This document shows, piece by piece, positions 53,192 through 64,000 of a DNA stretch of 64,000 nucleotides. The translations under genes were made by a program, and so were the position numbers. The notes beneath the pieces are model-generated. The model was given only the letters and a program-made list of their open reading frames with translations. It did not search any database and was not told the DNA's origin. The stretch lies in assembly GCA_040954595.2 (NCBI GenBank), contig CM082586.2:3516349-3580348 (forward strand), given 5' to 3'. The DNA is from Balanoglossus misakiensis. Taxonomy: Eukaryota; Animalia; Hemichordata. Position 1 is the stretch's first letter, and every line of letters starts with the position of its first letter.

Positions 53192-54217
53192 ATGATGAAC
53201 ATCACAGCTAGTAATATTTTGCCGCCGATTGAGCTGCCGGCTTTATGGGTGGCTCATCTGAGCGGCGCAGTGGAACTCGTTTTGGCGGTGGGCACAATCA
53301 TCGGCAACGTCCTGTTCATCTTGATAGTTGTGTTGAAGAAGAAACTGAGGACGTCGATAAACGTGTTTTTGGCGAATCTCAGCGTGACTGACATCATTTC
53401 GGCGCTGTTCGTCTCTCTGCCGTCGGCCGACTCTTATCTGCATCGACACTGGCGCCTGGGAAGGCTATTCTGCGTGATTCACAATGTACTCCATCCCATA
53501 CTGGTTCCCACATCACTTTGGCTGACGGCGTTCATCTCCATCAACAGATACATCTACATCGTCCACGGCGAGAAATACCGACGGCTTACTAACAGAGCAA
53601 CGATGACATTGGCGATTGCATTTGCCTGGTGCGTGCCGATAGTGGCCCAGTACGAACTGTATGGAGATCCGTCTCTGTCGTCCTACCGGCCGTCGACCTT
53701 TCGTTGCCGAATGTCCCGCCAGCCGCAAGCGGTCTTCGTTTTCCTCATATATTTCCCCTCTCTCCTGGTACCCGTGGTCTATGTTCCCATCGTCGCCTAC
53801 GTGGTAAACAGCAGGCGTCGCGTTCAGAGCCACCAGTCGCAAAGTGCCGGTGCAAATGGTCCATCTTCACAGGAGGTCCGTATGCTGCTGGTCATTGTCG
53901 GCGTCTTCTTCATGGTCATGCTCGGTTACCTACCGTTCGTCATCCTGATCAACTGTTACCAGCTCTACGGCCAAGGACCACCACCAGAGGCCACCATCTT
54001 GATGTACCCCTTGATTCACGTCGGAGGCGTCATGAACCCCTTCCTGTACGGCATCAACAACAGGCACTTCAAAGAAGCGTACAAAGAGCTACTGACGGGA
54101 AAACTCGTCCGCTGCAGACGACCTGGACAAGTGGCTCCAATGGCAACCGTATCTATGGGAGTTCCTCAAAACTCAACGAGGTTTGTTACCGGCAGTAACC
54201 GATCTGAGAATATCTGA
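53192..54217 (+). CDS. Intronless class A GPCR (melatonin receptor / GPR84 / Tre1-Moody-like), paralog 1, 341 aa
   Basis: Seven hydrophobic segments with TM1 GN, TM2 NLSVTD, ECL1 W..G..FC, TM3 ISINRY, TM6 GYLPF, TM7 NPFLYG and helix 8 F..AY. N-glycosylation sequon NIT follows the ATG at 53192 (the ORF-track start is a TTG). Confidence 0.93.
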   Translation: MMNITASNILPPIELPALWVAHLSGAVELVLAVGTIIGNVLFILIVVLKKKLRTSINVFLANLSVTDIISALFVSLPSADSYLHRHWRLGRLFCVIHNVLHPILVPTSLWLTAFISINRYIYIVHGEKYRRLTNRATMTLAIAFAWCVPIVAQYELYGDPSLSSYRPSTFRCRMSRQPQAVFVFLIYFPSLLVPVVYVPIVAYVVNSRRRVQSHQSQSAGANGPSSQEVRMLLVIVGVFFMVMLGYLPFVILINCYQLYGQGPPPEATILMYPLIHVGGVMNPFLYGINNRHFKEAYKELLTGKLVRCRRPGQVAPMATVSMGVPQNSTRFVTGSNRSENI

Positions 54218-55629
54218 AACAACACAACCCCTACCGAACTGGTCAACTGTATGTTACACTAGACAGTCGACAAAATTTAAATGCACATACTAGTATTCGG
54301 TCAAACGGTATTTTCAGACATAAATGGTAAATACAAGTTTTAATATATTATAAACCTCGTCATCCCGATGATATCCGTACGTTTACGTTGTATTTCCTGA
54401 CGCTATTCATAAACATCCGTATAATCATCCCAACTTTACGATTCTGTAATTCTCAGATTTTTCATCTTGTGTGATACATTTAATAACTAATATCTGGCGA
54501 CGCGGTGAGAGCGGATATCTAAACTGAAGTGCCGAATGCCGAAATAGCTTTATAAATATTTCACATAGTTGATAAAACTTTTGCTGCAGGTGCTATCTAA
54601 AATTTATAACAGGTACTCGGTGCGGAGTTCCCGTTAAAGAAGTTCTCTCAATGTCTTTGTAAGACGTACCACTTGAGATGTATGCCTTGACGCATCGTTT
54701 GCGAGCGACGCAAGTTCTTCGTGACTTTGCGTCAATGGTTGTCAAGAGACAGGCGAATGCATTTGCTGCAGTTGTGTGAGAAATATTAGGACGCCCTCAT
54801 CTCAAAGTCCCCCACATCCCCGCCTGATTTGCCTTGCCCCTTTTTCCACGCTGCTGGCGCTACACTCACGAGCAGCAGCGCAGGGGACCGGGCTAGCGCC
54901 CCCTTCACTTAATTTCGAAATCACTAGTCAGGATTAACAGCCAAGATATTTGGAAAATAATTATTTTATTTATATTGAATTTCTGACTCTTTGATTGGAA
55001 AATAGATTTTATCATTTCGTGAAGTGGTGCCGTACAGTGACGTCATGCTCCCTTATATTTTAATGGAAAGTGAAAATTATCATCGTGATTTCTACATCTC
55101 AGCTTTGGTGGACGTCATGCATAAACATTTATTCTGTTTATCGATAGACATGTTGGTTTAATAAAACGATACAGACACGAGTTAAGTCTTGAATTTTATT
55201 CTATTTTTATTGAAAATAGAGGATTTGAAATAAACACAGATTTAAAGTTTTGAGACGACAAACAAAAGTGGATATACAATACGTTCTGTGGACTTAGATA
55301 TATTTATTAATATTAAAATGAAATACAATTTGTGAAAGCAATAGATGTTGACATTATAATCATTTTTAACAAAAATCATATTCAGTAGGTAAAGTACACA
55401 TTTCTCAAAGCAATTGAAAACTCCTAATATACACATCTTCACTTAAACTAATACATAGCGAATGAAATATAAAAAATATTACAAAAAATACAATTACAAA
55501 AATACTACAGAAAATACACTAAAACAGCCACCGTTTTACAATATATGTTGTTTTTTAGAGGTATGGATCATTATGCAAGTACTGAATTATACAATGCATG
55601 ATATTGGAATTGAGGAAAACGACAACAGA

Positions 55630-56012
55630 TTACAAATCTCAAAAATAGTTGACCGGTACAAATAAACCACTCCCAGTGTTATCAGTACGTGTATGTTTTT
55701 CATATTTTTTATTGAATAATGACGAAAGCTCACAACGCTCAAAAAAAACTTATATTAACTATATACGCACGCGCGAAGATGATCGGTACGGAAATAAACC
55801 ACTCCCAGTATTATGAGTGCGTGTATGTTTTTAATATTTTTTTATTGAATAATGACGAAAGATCACAAATCTCAAAAAACTTATATTGACTATGTACGCA
55901 CGCGGGAAGATGATCGGTACGGAAATAAACCACTCGCAGTATTATGAGTGCGTGTATGTATTTAATATTTTTTATTGAATAATGACGAAAGATTACAAAG
56001 CTGAAAAAAAAA
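55630..56012. repeat. Tandem repeat, ~131 bp unit, ~2.8 copies
   Basis: AAATAAACCACTC recurs at 55660, 55792 and 55923; TATTGAATAATGACGAAAG recurs in each unit. Confidence 0.9.
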
Positions 56013-58129
56013 CATGTATTAAGTATTAGCCTAACCGACGGTCTAAGGGATGGGACCCACCCGCACCGGGGATTTTATTTATGTCTATATAACTTACTTG
56101 TGATGAAACTTCATACCATCCACTGGTCTTCATTCAGCCATGGAACATACAAACGCTCACCTCATTGTAGTCTAGCTGCATGGCCCAAATATACCGTACA
56201 ACTTACCGTGACACACACGCACCATGCACACACACTCACAACAACGAGCACCTTTCGAAGAATTCAAAGTCGATGAACTTGTTGGTGCCGTAACAAAAAT
56301 GACCCATACACCGAGCATGTGGTCATGTTGGTTTCAAAACTTTAAAATGACATCCACATATAGCATCCGTATTGTTGCATTCTGCAGGTTTGTTCAAAAT
56401 CGGTTCGCTGAACTGGCTACCGGCACCAGTCAGAATCGTTGAAAGGTCTTAAAAATTGCCCAAAATTTGGCTAATACCGCCTACTTGTACATCATGCTTG
56501 TAACATCATAGCATCCACGTGGAACGTACAAGCACTAGTCTCATCCAAATGCATGGCCGGGATGAACAACTGGTCACTTGGGTCTCAGCTCTGGTCTTTG
56601 GATCTGCAAAACAAGCGAAGTTTGTACAACTAAGCGTACAGTACGAAATTTGCATTCTCTCACACACTCGAAAATACACTGACCATGCACACGTGAACCC
56701 GCCCACTACTTCCAAAGAAACTGTATCGTGTTTTGGGTGGACAAAAAAAACCGACCGCTCGCCAGTAGAGCTATTACACAGACTGCTAGTACTAATAAAC
56801 GGTATTTCTCCCGTTGAGTAACGCGAAAGAGTGAAATTTGTAAATTGAAACGCTGTGAAACACTGACTCGAGCTGTTTGACTGTGACGTTCGTTCTTGTT
56901 TTCGGTGCTCGACGCACGTGTGACTTGGTTGTTCGGAACTCGCCAAAATATAACCTATAGGTCTAGCTGAGTACATGTACTTGTGTCTACTTCTGTTAAT
57001 TTACTTACCGTGGCTTCACAGCAAACTCAACAGCGCAGAAACTCTGCTGGTGATTTGAGTTTTCTGCGCTCCGCATCTCAACGCAGCCTCCGTGCAGCAG
57101 CATGGCCGTATGTAAAACGAAAATGCCCGGATGGTAGACGGAAATTTGCATATGCACGCATTCCAGGTGACTCGAACCAATGAGCAACGTGGTTGATTTT
57201 ATTATCCGAAGCTCAAGCCAAATTGAACGATATCTGATATTTGATTACGGAAGAGATAATATTAATAGAATATCACACTCCCAAGGACCTGGGATCATAT
57301 TTTTCACTCGGGTTGTTGATATTTTGTCTCATGAGCCGTAGAGGGCGTCATATACTCATCGGGGAGAGGGAGTGGCTTGTGAAGATGTATCTTGTAAAAC
57401 ATTGATCAACCCCCCTCCCCCCCCCAGGAAAAATCGGAACATTGCAAGGGAAACTACATTCGCAATATCCGCGGTAAGATGTTGAACAACAAGCTTAAAG
57501 GAACAAACATTGAATAATTTCATCGCGTCTACCTTGCTCTTGGCGCATCGTCTCTCTGTTTGTCTTGTAACGTTGGAAACGGCATCAGATCTATAGCATC
57601 CCTGATCAAATTAGTGTTCCCGCCAACCATTTGAGTAGGTTTTTCCTTTAGAATCATAAAACCGAACGCACATGCCTTGGGCCATAGACAGAATTGCACC
57701 ACTAGTATTCGATCAATTTCTCTGTAGACGTTACATGATGTAGAGTTTTTCCTTGAATATAGACACAATGAAAATATAACGTCTCGCATGTCGTATACAA
57801 ATGCGCTTGTGCATTCTGTTGATGGGAAAGTAGGGTGTGGCGAGGGTTAAGATCATTAAAGATGACTGGAATATCCATGATGACTGGAGAGACCCATTAG
57901 ATTAATGTCTCTTTTACTTCAATGCAGAAGAGGAGGAATTATCTTTATTCAGATCAATACGCGGGTAATTTCTCAAAACGAATAATAGACGTACTTTGGT
58001 GAGCTTTTGTAGAGTATCCATTTAAAGTCGTGTATATTATCTTCTGGTCCAGAATATTAAACTTTCGAAAATGGAGACGCAAAGGTAAACGACTCTTTCG
58101 ATCCTTTCATGCAATGGTACTCTTCTGCT

Positions 58130-59065
58130 CTAGTTGTTTGTCAGTCTGCAACTCAGAAGGTCCTTGTAAGCTTTTCGAAATCGGCGATTGTTGACTCCGT
58201 ACAGGACGGGGTTCAACACGCCTGCTACGTGGTTGAGGGGATACATCAAGACCATCACCTCCGCCGGCGCGAAGGCTCCCTTCGACAGGTAGACGTTCAT
58301 GACAACAACGAACGGCAGGTACCCGAGCAGGACAAGGCAGAACACAGCAAACACGACCAACAGCATCTTCATTTCTTGCCTGCTTAACTTGTTGCCCGCA
58401 TGGCCGGCTTGGTTTTGCGCGTGGGATTGCACCTTGTTCCTGCTCTTCTTCACGATGATGAAGAGCGCCACGTAGCAGACGACGACCACAATCGACGGCA
58501 GGTAGATGTTCAACAACAGATACGGGAGCTTGTCGGTTCTCGTCCCGAAACACCGGAAAGCGGCCGGCGAGTACGTGAACTGTCCGTCGACTTCGGCCAT
58601 GCGCACCGCCAGCGGGAGCAACCAGGCGAAGAGAACAGCCGTCGTGATGGTTACCCTGTTGGTCAGTTTTGGGTACCGGCTACTATGAGCGATGTAGAGG
58701 TAGCGGTTTAGCGCAACGAGGGCTGTCGACCACAGCGATGTGCTCAGTAACAGCGGGTGTAGAATGTAGTGGACGATACAGTACTCACGTCCGAACTCCC
58801 ACCCTCGTCCCAGGTACGAAACTCCGGTGGGCACCGACACAAATATCCCCGCTATGATGTCCGTGGCGCTGAGATTGACCAACAGGGCATTGTTGAAAGT
58901 TCGGATTTCTTTCTTCAGCAGCACGATGCAGACAAATATAACGTTACCGGCCACTGCAAGGGCGGCAAAAGTCAAATCGAGAAGCGCAGCGAACTGGGTC
59001 GCCCAAACAGGTGGCAACTGGTACGGTAACTTGATAAAACTCGACGCATCTGTCGTGTTGTTCAT
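58130..59065 (-). CDS. Intronless class A GPCR (melatonin receptor / GPR84 / Tre1-Moody-like), paralog 2, 311 aa
   Basis: Starts MNNTTD (ATG at 59065); contains GN, NLSATD, WEFGREYC, VALNRY, GYLPF and NPVLYG, and aligns clearly with paralog 1. Confidence 0.93.
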   Translation of the reverse strand: MNNTTDASSFIKLPYQLPPVWATQFAALLDLTFAALAVAGNVIFVCIVLLKKEIRTFNNALLVNLSATDIIAGIFVSVPTGVSYLGRGWEFGREYCIVHYILHPLLLSTSLWSTALVALNRYLYIAHSSRYPKLTNRVTITTAVLFAWLLPLAVRMAEVDGQFTYSPAAFRCFGTRTDKLPYLLLNIYLPSIVVVVCYVALFIIVKKSRNKVQSHAQNQAGHAGNKLSRQEMKMLLVVFAVFCLVLLGYLPFVVVMNVYLSKGAFAPAEVMVLMYPLNHVAGVLNPVLYGVNNRRFRKAYKDLLSCRLTNN

Positions 59066-60616
59066 ATTTTTGCTTTGGTCCGCAGCACAACCCAAGTGAC
59101 TTAACAAAACCTTCAGGATGTTATTTATGCATTTACTATATGCTGCAATACAGCGTTGGCACTGAAGATTTCTTTATTTCTATTAGCGTTTCATGATGTT
59201 ACACCCATTTGACGATTGGAGTGTGATCTGAAGCAAACGTAACCGCATATTCATAAAGTCGAATAACATGATACATTCTGGGCTATGGTGGACAATGGGG
59301 GTCTAATTATCATATTCTGAACGCCCATTACAGCATTTACCAAAGATTGTGCAAAAGCCATTCTCCGTGCGGTACATCTCGCAAAGGTATCATGCAAAAT
59401 TAGCCGCAGTTTCTATATAGGGTCAATTTATATGTAAGTGCAGAAGGCTTACTGAGAGTAGTCAAATTATCTGTCAAGGGTATTACATGTATAATTTAAT
59501 GTAATCTGTCACGAGAAAACTCTGTGACGTAGCTGGTTTTTCGCTCAATTTCGTGTCATCTACCGACGAACGACAGGGTAGACAATGCTCACATAGAATA
59601 CTGTAATTTAGTCACTGACTTTCAGACGGGGTATTTTCAGAAGCATTGATCTCTCTATGCTCCTGCGCATGCTCCAGCAGCTCTGTGTCTAGTTCTATTG
59701 ATGGCACAAACACAGCGAACTCTAAGTGGAGAGTGCATTTTTGATTATATGTATACCTCGGTTAGAATGCCTCCGAGGGAAGATGCATTCCGCAATCACA
59801 GTGCAATTTTGCCGATTTTAGTACGAGATAACAACAGTACAATAATTTTGTTCAAAACGGCCTTGCCCCTAGTCAGTGTATATGCAATGCATTCGGATAT
59901 ACTAGTACGTGTAGCGCCACTGGCTACTTGATTTGAGAGATTGTCGATAATGGGAGGTGGTGGTCTTGACGCCGATTAAGAAACTGTTCCCAGTGGTTGC
60001 TTTATTTGTCGTATGTCAGATCTTTACTTGCATAGAAAATTATTTCTCTGTCACCCATTTTAAGCGCCATAGCTCTACAAGACTGACAGACGGACAGACA
60101 CAAAAACACACAGATACATGTAAATAAAAAATAACACGACACTTCTTGTGCCATAAATGGACATGTCAAATTTAATGCCAAATAACACTACCATACACAA
60201 AATTACAGTGCATGTTAACTTTAAACAGCAACAGGTACAGACTCGTGAATATATTTATCAAATCGTATTGATTTTCATTTTAGAAAATTCTCTAACCTGA
60301 ACTCTGTCTGTTCCGGACAAAATATCTTTGAAGGCCCTTTCACACAGAAAACGATTTTCCGAAAAACCTAACGATACTCTCAGTCCCTTTGCTGTTCGGT
60401 TTTCATATTTTTGTGTGGATCTTTCTATGTCATATTCATTATACAGAAGGCGTTGTAGAAGTCGATAATAATTAATGACATACCGAGAAACTATTGGTCA
60501 CAGTGAAAGAAAGCTGTGATAAGAATACTCAGTGAAACAGAGAACGATGATGTCTTAAAAAGTAAACTTCAAGACGAGGAACCGTGACCAAAATGGTATT
60601 CAATCGAGATTAATCC

Positions 60617-61624
60617 TTACAGTGTATCTTCTCTGGCCAGGCCGGTGGTCATAACTTGATTGGTGGATGAAGAATTATTTGTTGTGGTCTTGCGTTTTCC
60701 CATCATGGCCAGGAAAAGTTCACCGTATGCCTTCTTGAAACGGCTGTTCTTGACTCCGTACAGAATGGGATTCATGACGCCGCTTATGTGAATGAACGGA
60801 TAAAGCGCCACCATAGCGTCGTTCGGTAGGAAACCACTGTTTGGTGGGCAGACGACGAGCTTGAACGTTATGTAGCGCAGCACGAGTAGACCAAATACAC
60901 CCACGACGACCATCAGCATCTGGTACTCTTTTCTGGCCAGACTTGGTGCGGTAGTTTGGATTGATGAGTGGGCCTGTACGCGGTTGCGACTCTTTCTGAC
61001 GAACGCGATGATGGCAACGTAGCAGAAGGCCACGATGAGAGATGGCAAGCAGACATTAACGATGGCGAAGACAGGCACTGGGTTTTGCTTTTTCATGACG
61101 CATCTCAGAACGGCTGCCGAAAAACCCGCGGCTTCTGCCCGGAAACGGAGCTTGTTCATGTACATGCAGGTGGATATCGGGAACAGCCAGGTGAACATAA
61201 CGGATATCAGTACAGTGCGCCTGTTTGTAATGCTTCCGTACTTCTTGCTGTGAACGATGTAGACGTAGCGGTTGACGGCGACGAAGGCGCTGGACCACAG
61301 GGACACGCCGGTCAGAAACGGATGGAGCAAGAAGTTAATGAAGCAGAACTCCGGACCGAACGGCCACCGCCGAAGAAGGAGCGACACGCCGCTCGGCACC
61401 GACACCAGGACCGCGTCGACGACATCCACGACGCTCAGATTCACCAGCAGGGTGTTTCCGAACGTCCGAATGTCCTTATGGAGCGCGAAGATGCTGATGA
61501 AGAGGGCGTTGCCCACCAGCGCCAGGAATGCGAAAACGATCACTTCGGTGGCCGTGAGCTGAGCGAACCACGGCGCCGGTGCCTTCTCTGCGGGAATTTC
61601 AATCGACACAGTCGTGTTGACCAT
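60617..61624 (-). CDS. Intronless class A GPCR (melatonin receptor / GPR84 / Tre1-Moody-like), paralog 3, 335 aa, with divergent TM6
   Basis: Starts MVNTT; contains GN, NLSVVD, WPFGPEFC, VAVNRY and NPILYG. TM6 reads LRYITFK where the paralogs have LGYLPFV. Confidence 0.9.
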   Translation of the reverse strand: MVNTTVSIEIPAEKAPAPWFAQLTATEVIVFAFLALVGNALFISIFALHKDIRTFGNTLLVNLSVVDVVDAVLVSVPSGVSLLLRRWPFGPEFCFINFLLHPFLTGVSLWSSAFVAVNRYVYIVHSKKYGSITNRRTVLISVMFTWLFPISTCMYMNKLRFRAEAAGFSAAVLRCVMKKQNPVPVFAIVNVCLPSLIVAFCYVAIIAFVRKSRNRVQAHSSIQTTAPSLARKEYQMLMVVVGVFGLLVLRYITFKLVVCPPNSGFLPNDAMVALYPFIHISGVMNPILYGVKNSRFKKAYGELFLAMMGKRKTTTNNSSSTNQVMTTGLAREDTL

Positions 61625-62192
61625 AGTTGGTGGATTCGGAGTATGAACTAGAGCGACTGTGTCTTGATCTACTCCAACCTACGAAATTTATTGAAAAACT
61701 GGACAATGCTTAGATACTACGGGGGCTTATTAGAGCGTAACTATCAATAATGAGGTATAATAACATAAAAGACGGTATCTCTTGATAATAAAGCCTAATT
61801 GCTTAAAAAGATCGTGTCACTGCAAGACTGATTGTTGATAATATGATTCATTATATGAAACATGAAATGATGTGAATGGGCAACTTCAAGGCCAACTGTA
61901 AAAATGTTAATAATACTATTACCAACCGGCACATATAAAAAAATCCATCGAAATTGAAACCTTGTGATTTACTCCGAAGTGCGTCCGACATTGTGGATAC
62001 GCCTACGGGCATCGTTAAGAATATGCAGTTTCAAATTTCAAAAGTATAAGATTGGACTCCGTTTGATCGCAATCTTTTCCAAAACAGGAATAGCGGCGAA
62101 GGTCATAAATGACGTGACTGAAACTACCGAGAAGATCATTCTGATGCCCAAAAGAAGAAATTGGTCCTAATATATACTAGTGGCTATTTTAA

Positions 62193-62253
62193 AACAACAA
62201 CAACAACAACAACAACAACAGCAGCAGCAGCAGCAGCAGCAACAACAACAACA
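62193..62253. repeat. (CAA)n(CAG)n(CAA)n microsatellite, non-coding
   Basis: Read directly from the sequence; no surrounding ORF. Confidence 0.9.
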
Positions 62254-63145
62254 GACTGTTTTCTTTTGCATGAATTATTCAGATCATTCTTCACTGGCCT
62301 TCTTGTGAAAAATCGAAGATTTCAAAACTGATTAAAGTCACACTGAATCGAATTCGGATAACTCTCGGATTTCAACGTAAATCATTCAGCAAAATCAGAA
62401 CATTATATCAAATAAAAAGGTCGTTGGCCACCCAAGAGGATGGTAAATATCCCGTCAATGATTGGGGGGGGGGGAAGATAATTACTGTGTTTTTTCTATT
62501 TGTGGAAACGTCTTGTCACGTCTTCGTCTGCACTATCCCACGAGATTTTATTAAAAAGTCTGTTACTAACACCCTTGATTTATATATTCATTGAAGCGGA
62601 AAAAAATGTCTTTATATATTTCGGGCCTACTGCCAGTGTCTATGATATGACGCACGGAGACCCTAAAGCGTTTTTACATTGATATCCTCAACAGACGGAC
62701 GTTGAAAGGAAAGTTCTTCCCTACAACTTGAGTGGACATTGTGACAATATTTTACACAACACTGGTTTTCCTATTGGTTGGAGTTGCATAAAACATCCTT
62801 ATCATTGGACGGCTGAACAATTGCGTGGTCTCCTTCGTGTCTCTTATTTCCACATAGTTGCATGGAGACAAGATAAAGGGACTCGGCGGCGTGAATTTAT
62901 TGCATCCATAGTTCTCAAAGGGACAAATCAACACGTGCACGAATGAAATTGAATAAAGAAAACTCTTGACCTTTAAATGAATGCTTTGGGACATCGGACT
63001 GTTTCACCAAAGTTGTGTACTGACAACAATAGGATTTTTTCTTCAATCAGAGTAAGTAAGTCATATTAGTTCCTATGACGTGTATCAAAGTTCTTATTTT
63101 GACACTCATGTCGTGACGGTGAAAGTTTTCCTTCATCTGACGTCA

Positions 63146-63886
63146 TTACCCTGTGAAGACCTTCATTTGTTTCTTAATTCGCTTTCTACACAATGGGCAG
63201 TGGGTTACCTTCCTGGCACAGTTGGAACAGAGGCAAAGATGTCGACAGGGCGACGTTACAGTGTTTCGTTCTCGCTCCATGCAAATGATGCAACAATTGG
63301 TGTCCGGTGGGTTCTCATCCTCGCCATTATCCTCCTCCTCGTCGGTGGTGGCGCCATCAGCGGCGGCCATCCCCCGCAGACAGCTCTCCAGGGCACAGAT
63401 TTTCGATCTGAGATTCTCGACTTCTCTCCAGAGTTTGGCGTTCTCCCGCTCGGTGTAGATTTTTTCCAGTTTTAACGTGACTATGACGTGGCAGTAGTTA
63501 TTCCGTTCGCGAGTGACGGATTTTCGTCTCGCGGTCTCCAGGGTAACCGACGACTCGAGCCGTAGCAGGCTATTTCTGTCCTGCTCTCTCTCCAGTAAGA
63601 GCTTGTAGTACGAAATACCCAGAGACGTGAGAGAGGTCAAAAGTATGGCTATTGACGAGTAAAGGAGGATGGTCAGGCGGGGTTCATCGACGCATCGCGG
63701 CATCACAAAGTACAGTAGAACGGCCAGAACGAACGCACACACCAGGACCAGGCACGTTTTCTTCAGCACAGAATTCCAACTGCAAGATCCCATGACCTCG
63801 CAGTCACAAGCCGGCATCTTGCCAGATTCTGCCTCGTTGTAATTTTCCGGTGTCAAGATGCAGAATTCGTGGTTTACGGTGCCCAT
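63146..63886 (-). CDS. Membrane-anchored RING-HC (C3HC4, IAP/RNF26/CGRRF1/MUL1-like) E3 ubiquitin ligase, ~246 aa; may have an upstream exon outside the window
   Basis: Two hydrophobic helices (TCLVLVCAFVLAVLLYFVM; LTILLYSSIAILLTSLTSLGISYY), a heptad-like coiled coil (KLEKIYTERENAKLWREVENLRSKICALESCL), an acidic linker and a C-terminal CIICMERERNTVTSPCRHLCLCSNCARKVTHCPLCR. A strong splice acceptor (poly-T...TACAG) lies at 63913-63914, just before the ATG at 63886. Confidence 0.88.
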   Translation of the reverse strand: MGTVNHEFCILTPENYNEAESGKMPACDCEVMGSCSWNSVLKKTCLVLVCAFVLAVLLYFVMPRCVDEPRLTILLYSSIAILLTSLTSLGISYYKLLLEREQDRNSLLRLESSVTLETARRKSVTRERNNYCHVIVTLKLEKIYTERENAKLWREVENLRSKICALESCLRGMAAADGATTDEEEDNGEDENPPDTNCCIICMERERNTVTSPCRHLCLCSNCARKVTHCPLCRKRIKKQMKVFTG

Positions 63887-64000
63887 CGCACTACGTATGC
63901 GTCGCGGAAAATCTGTACGAAAAACGAAAAAAAAAAACAGCATATGAAAAATCGGTCAAAGATGGCTGTCGCTTCAACAGTCGAACTCTCATGGATTATA

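Noticed and set aside
56506-56976. 156-aa ORF between the GPCRs
   Set aside because: No transposase, GPCR or other recognisable motif.
60968-61651. 227-aa antisense ORF over GPCR paralog 3 (and similar ORFs over paralogs 1 and 2, e.g. 53629-54198)
   Set aside because: Shadow ORFs caused by GC-rich codon usage of the real receptor genes; no recognisable motifs.
62193-62253. Potential polyglutamine-coding tract
   Set aside because: No enclosing ORF or splice sites; treated as a non-coding microsatellite.

Overview
Eukaryotic (animal, most likely non-vertebrate marine bilaterian; species not determinable from sequence) genomic window with GT-AG introns, microsatellites and patchy CpG depletion. 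From left to right it contains: (1) the 5' four coding exons of a ZNF395/ZNF704/SLC2A4RG (Glut4EF)-family transcription factor on the minus strand, continuing off the left edge; (2) a ~22 kb non-coding stretch rich in CpG and regulatory-looking motifs; (3) a 7-exon gene, almost invisible in the ORF track, encoding a ~201-aa signal-peptide-bearing stand-alone cereblon thalidomide-binding (CULT) domain protein; (4) POLR2K (RPB12), whose last intron is U12-type, head-to-head with (5) an Emi1/Emi2 (FBXO5/FBXO43) APC/C-inhibitor gene; (6) three intronless paralogous class A GPCRs with an NRY motif; and (7) a 2-TM, coiled-coil, RING-HC E3 ligase at the right edge. There are also a MITE, a SINE remnant, a LINE RT fragment and two tandem repeats. 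The most interesting observations are the secretory-pathway cereblon-like protein with an intact tri-tryptophan pocket, a complete 53BP1-type methyl-lysine cage in the transcription factor's N-terminal Tudor-like domain, and tandem CCGGCCGG sites around that same gene that suggest autoregulation. All gene models were assembled by hand from splice signals and reading-frame phase; no database searches were run.
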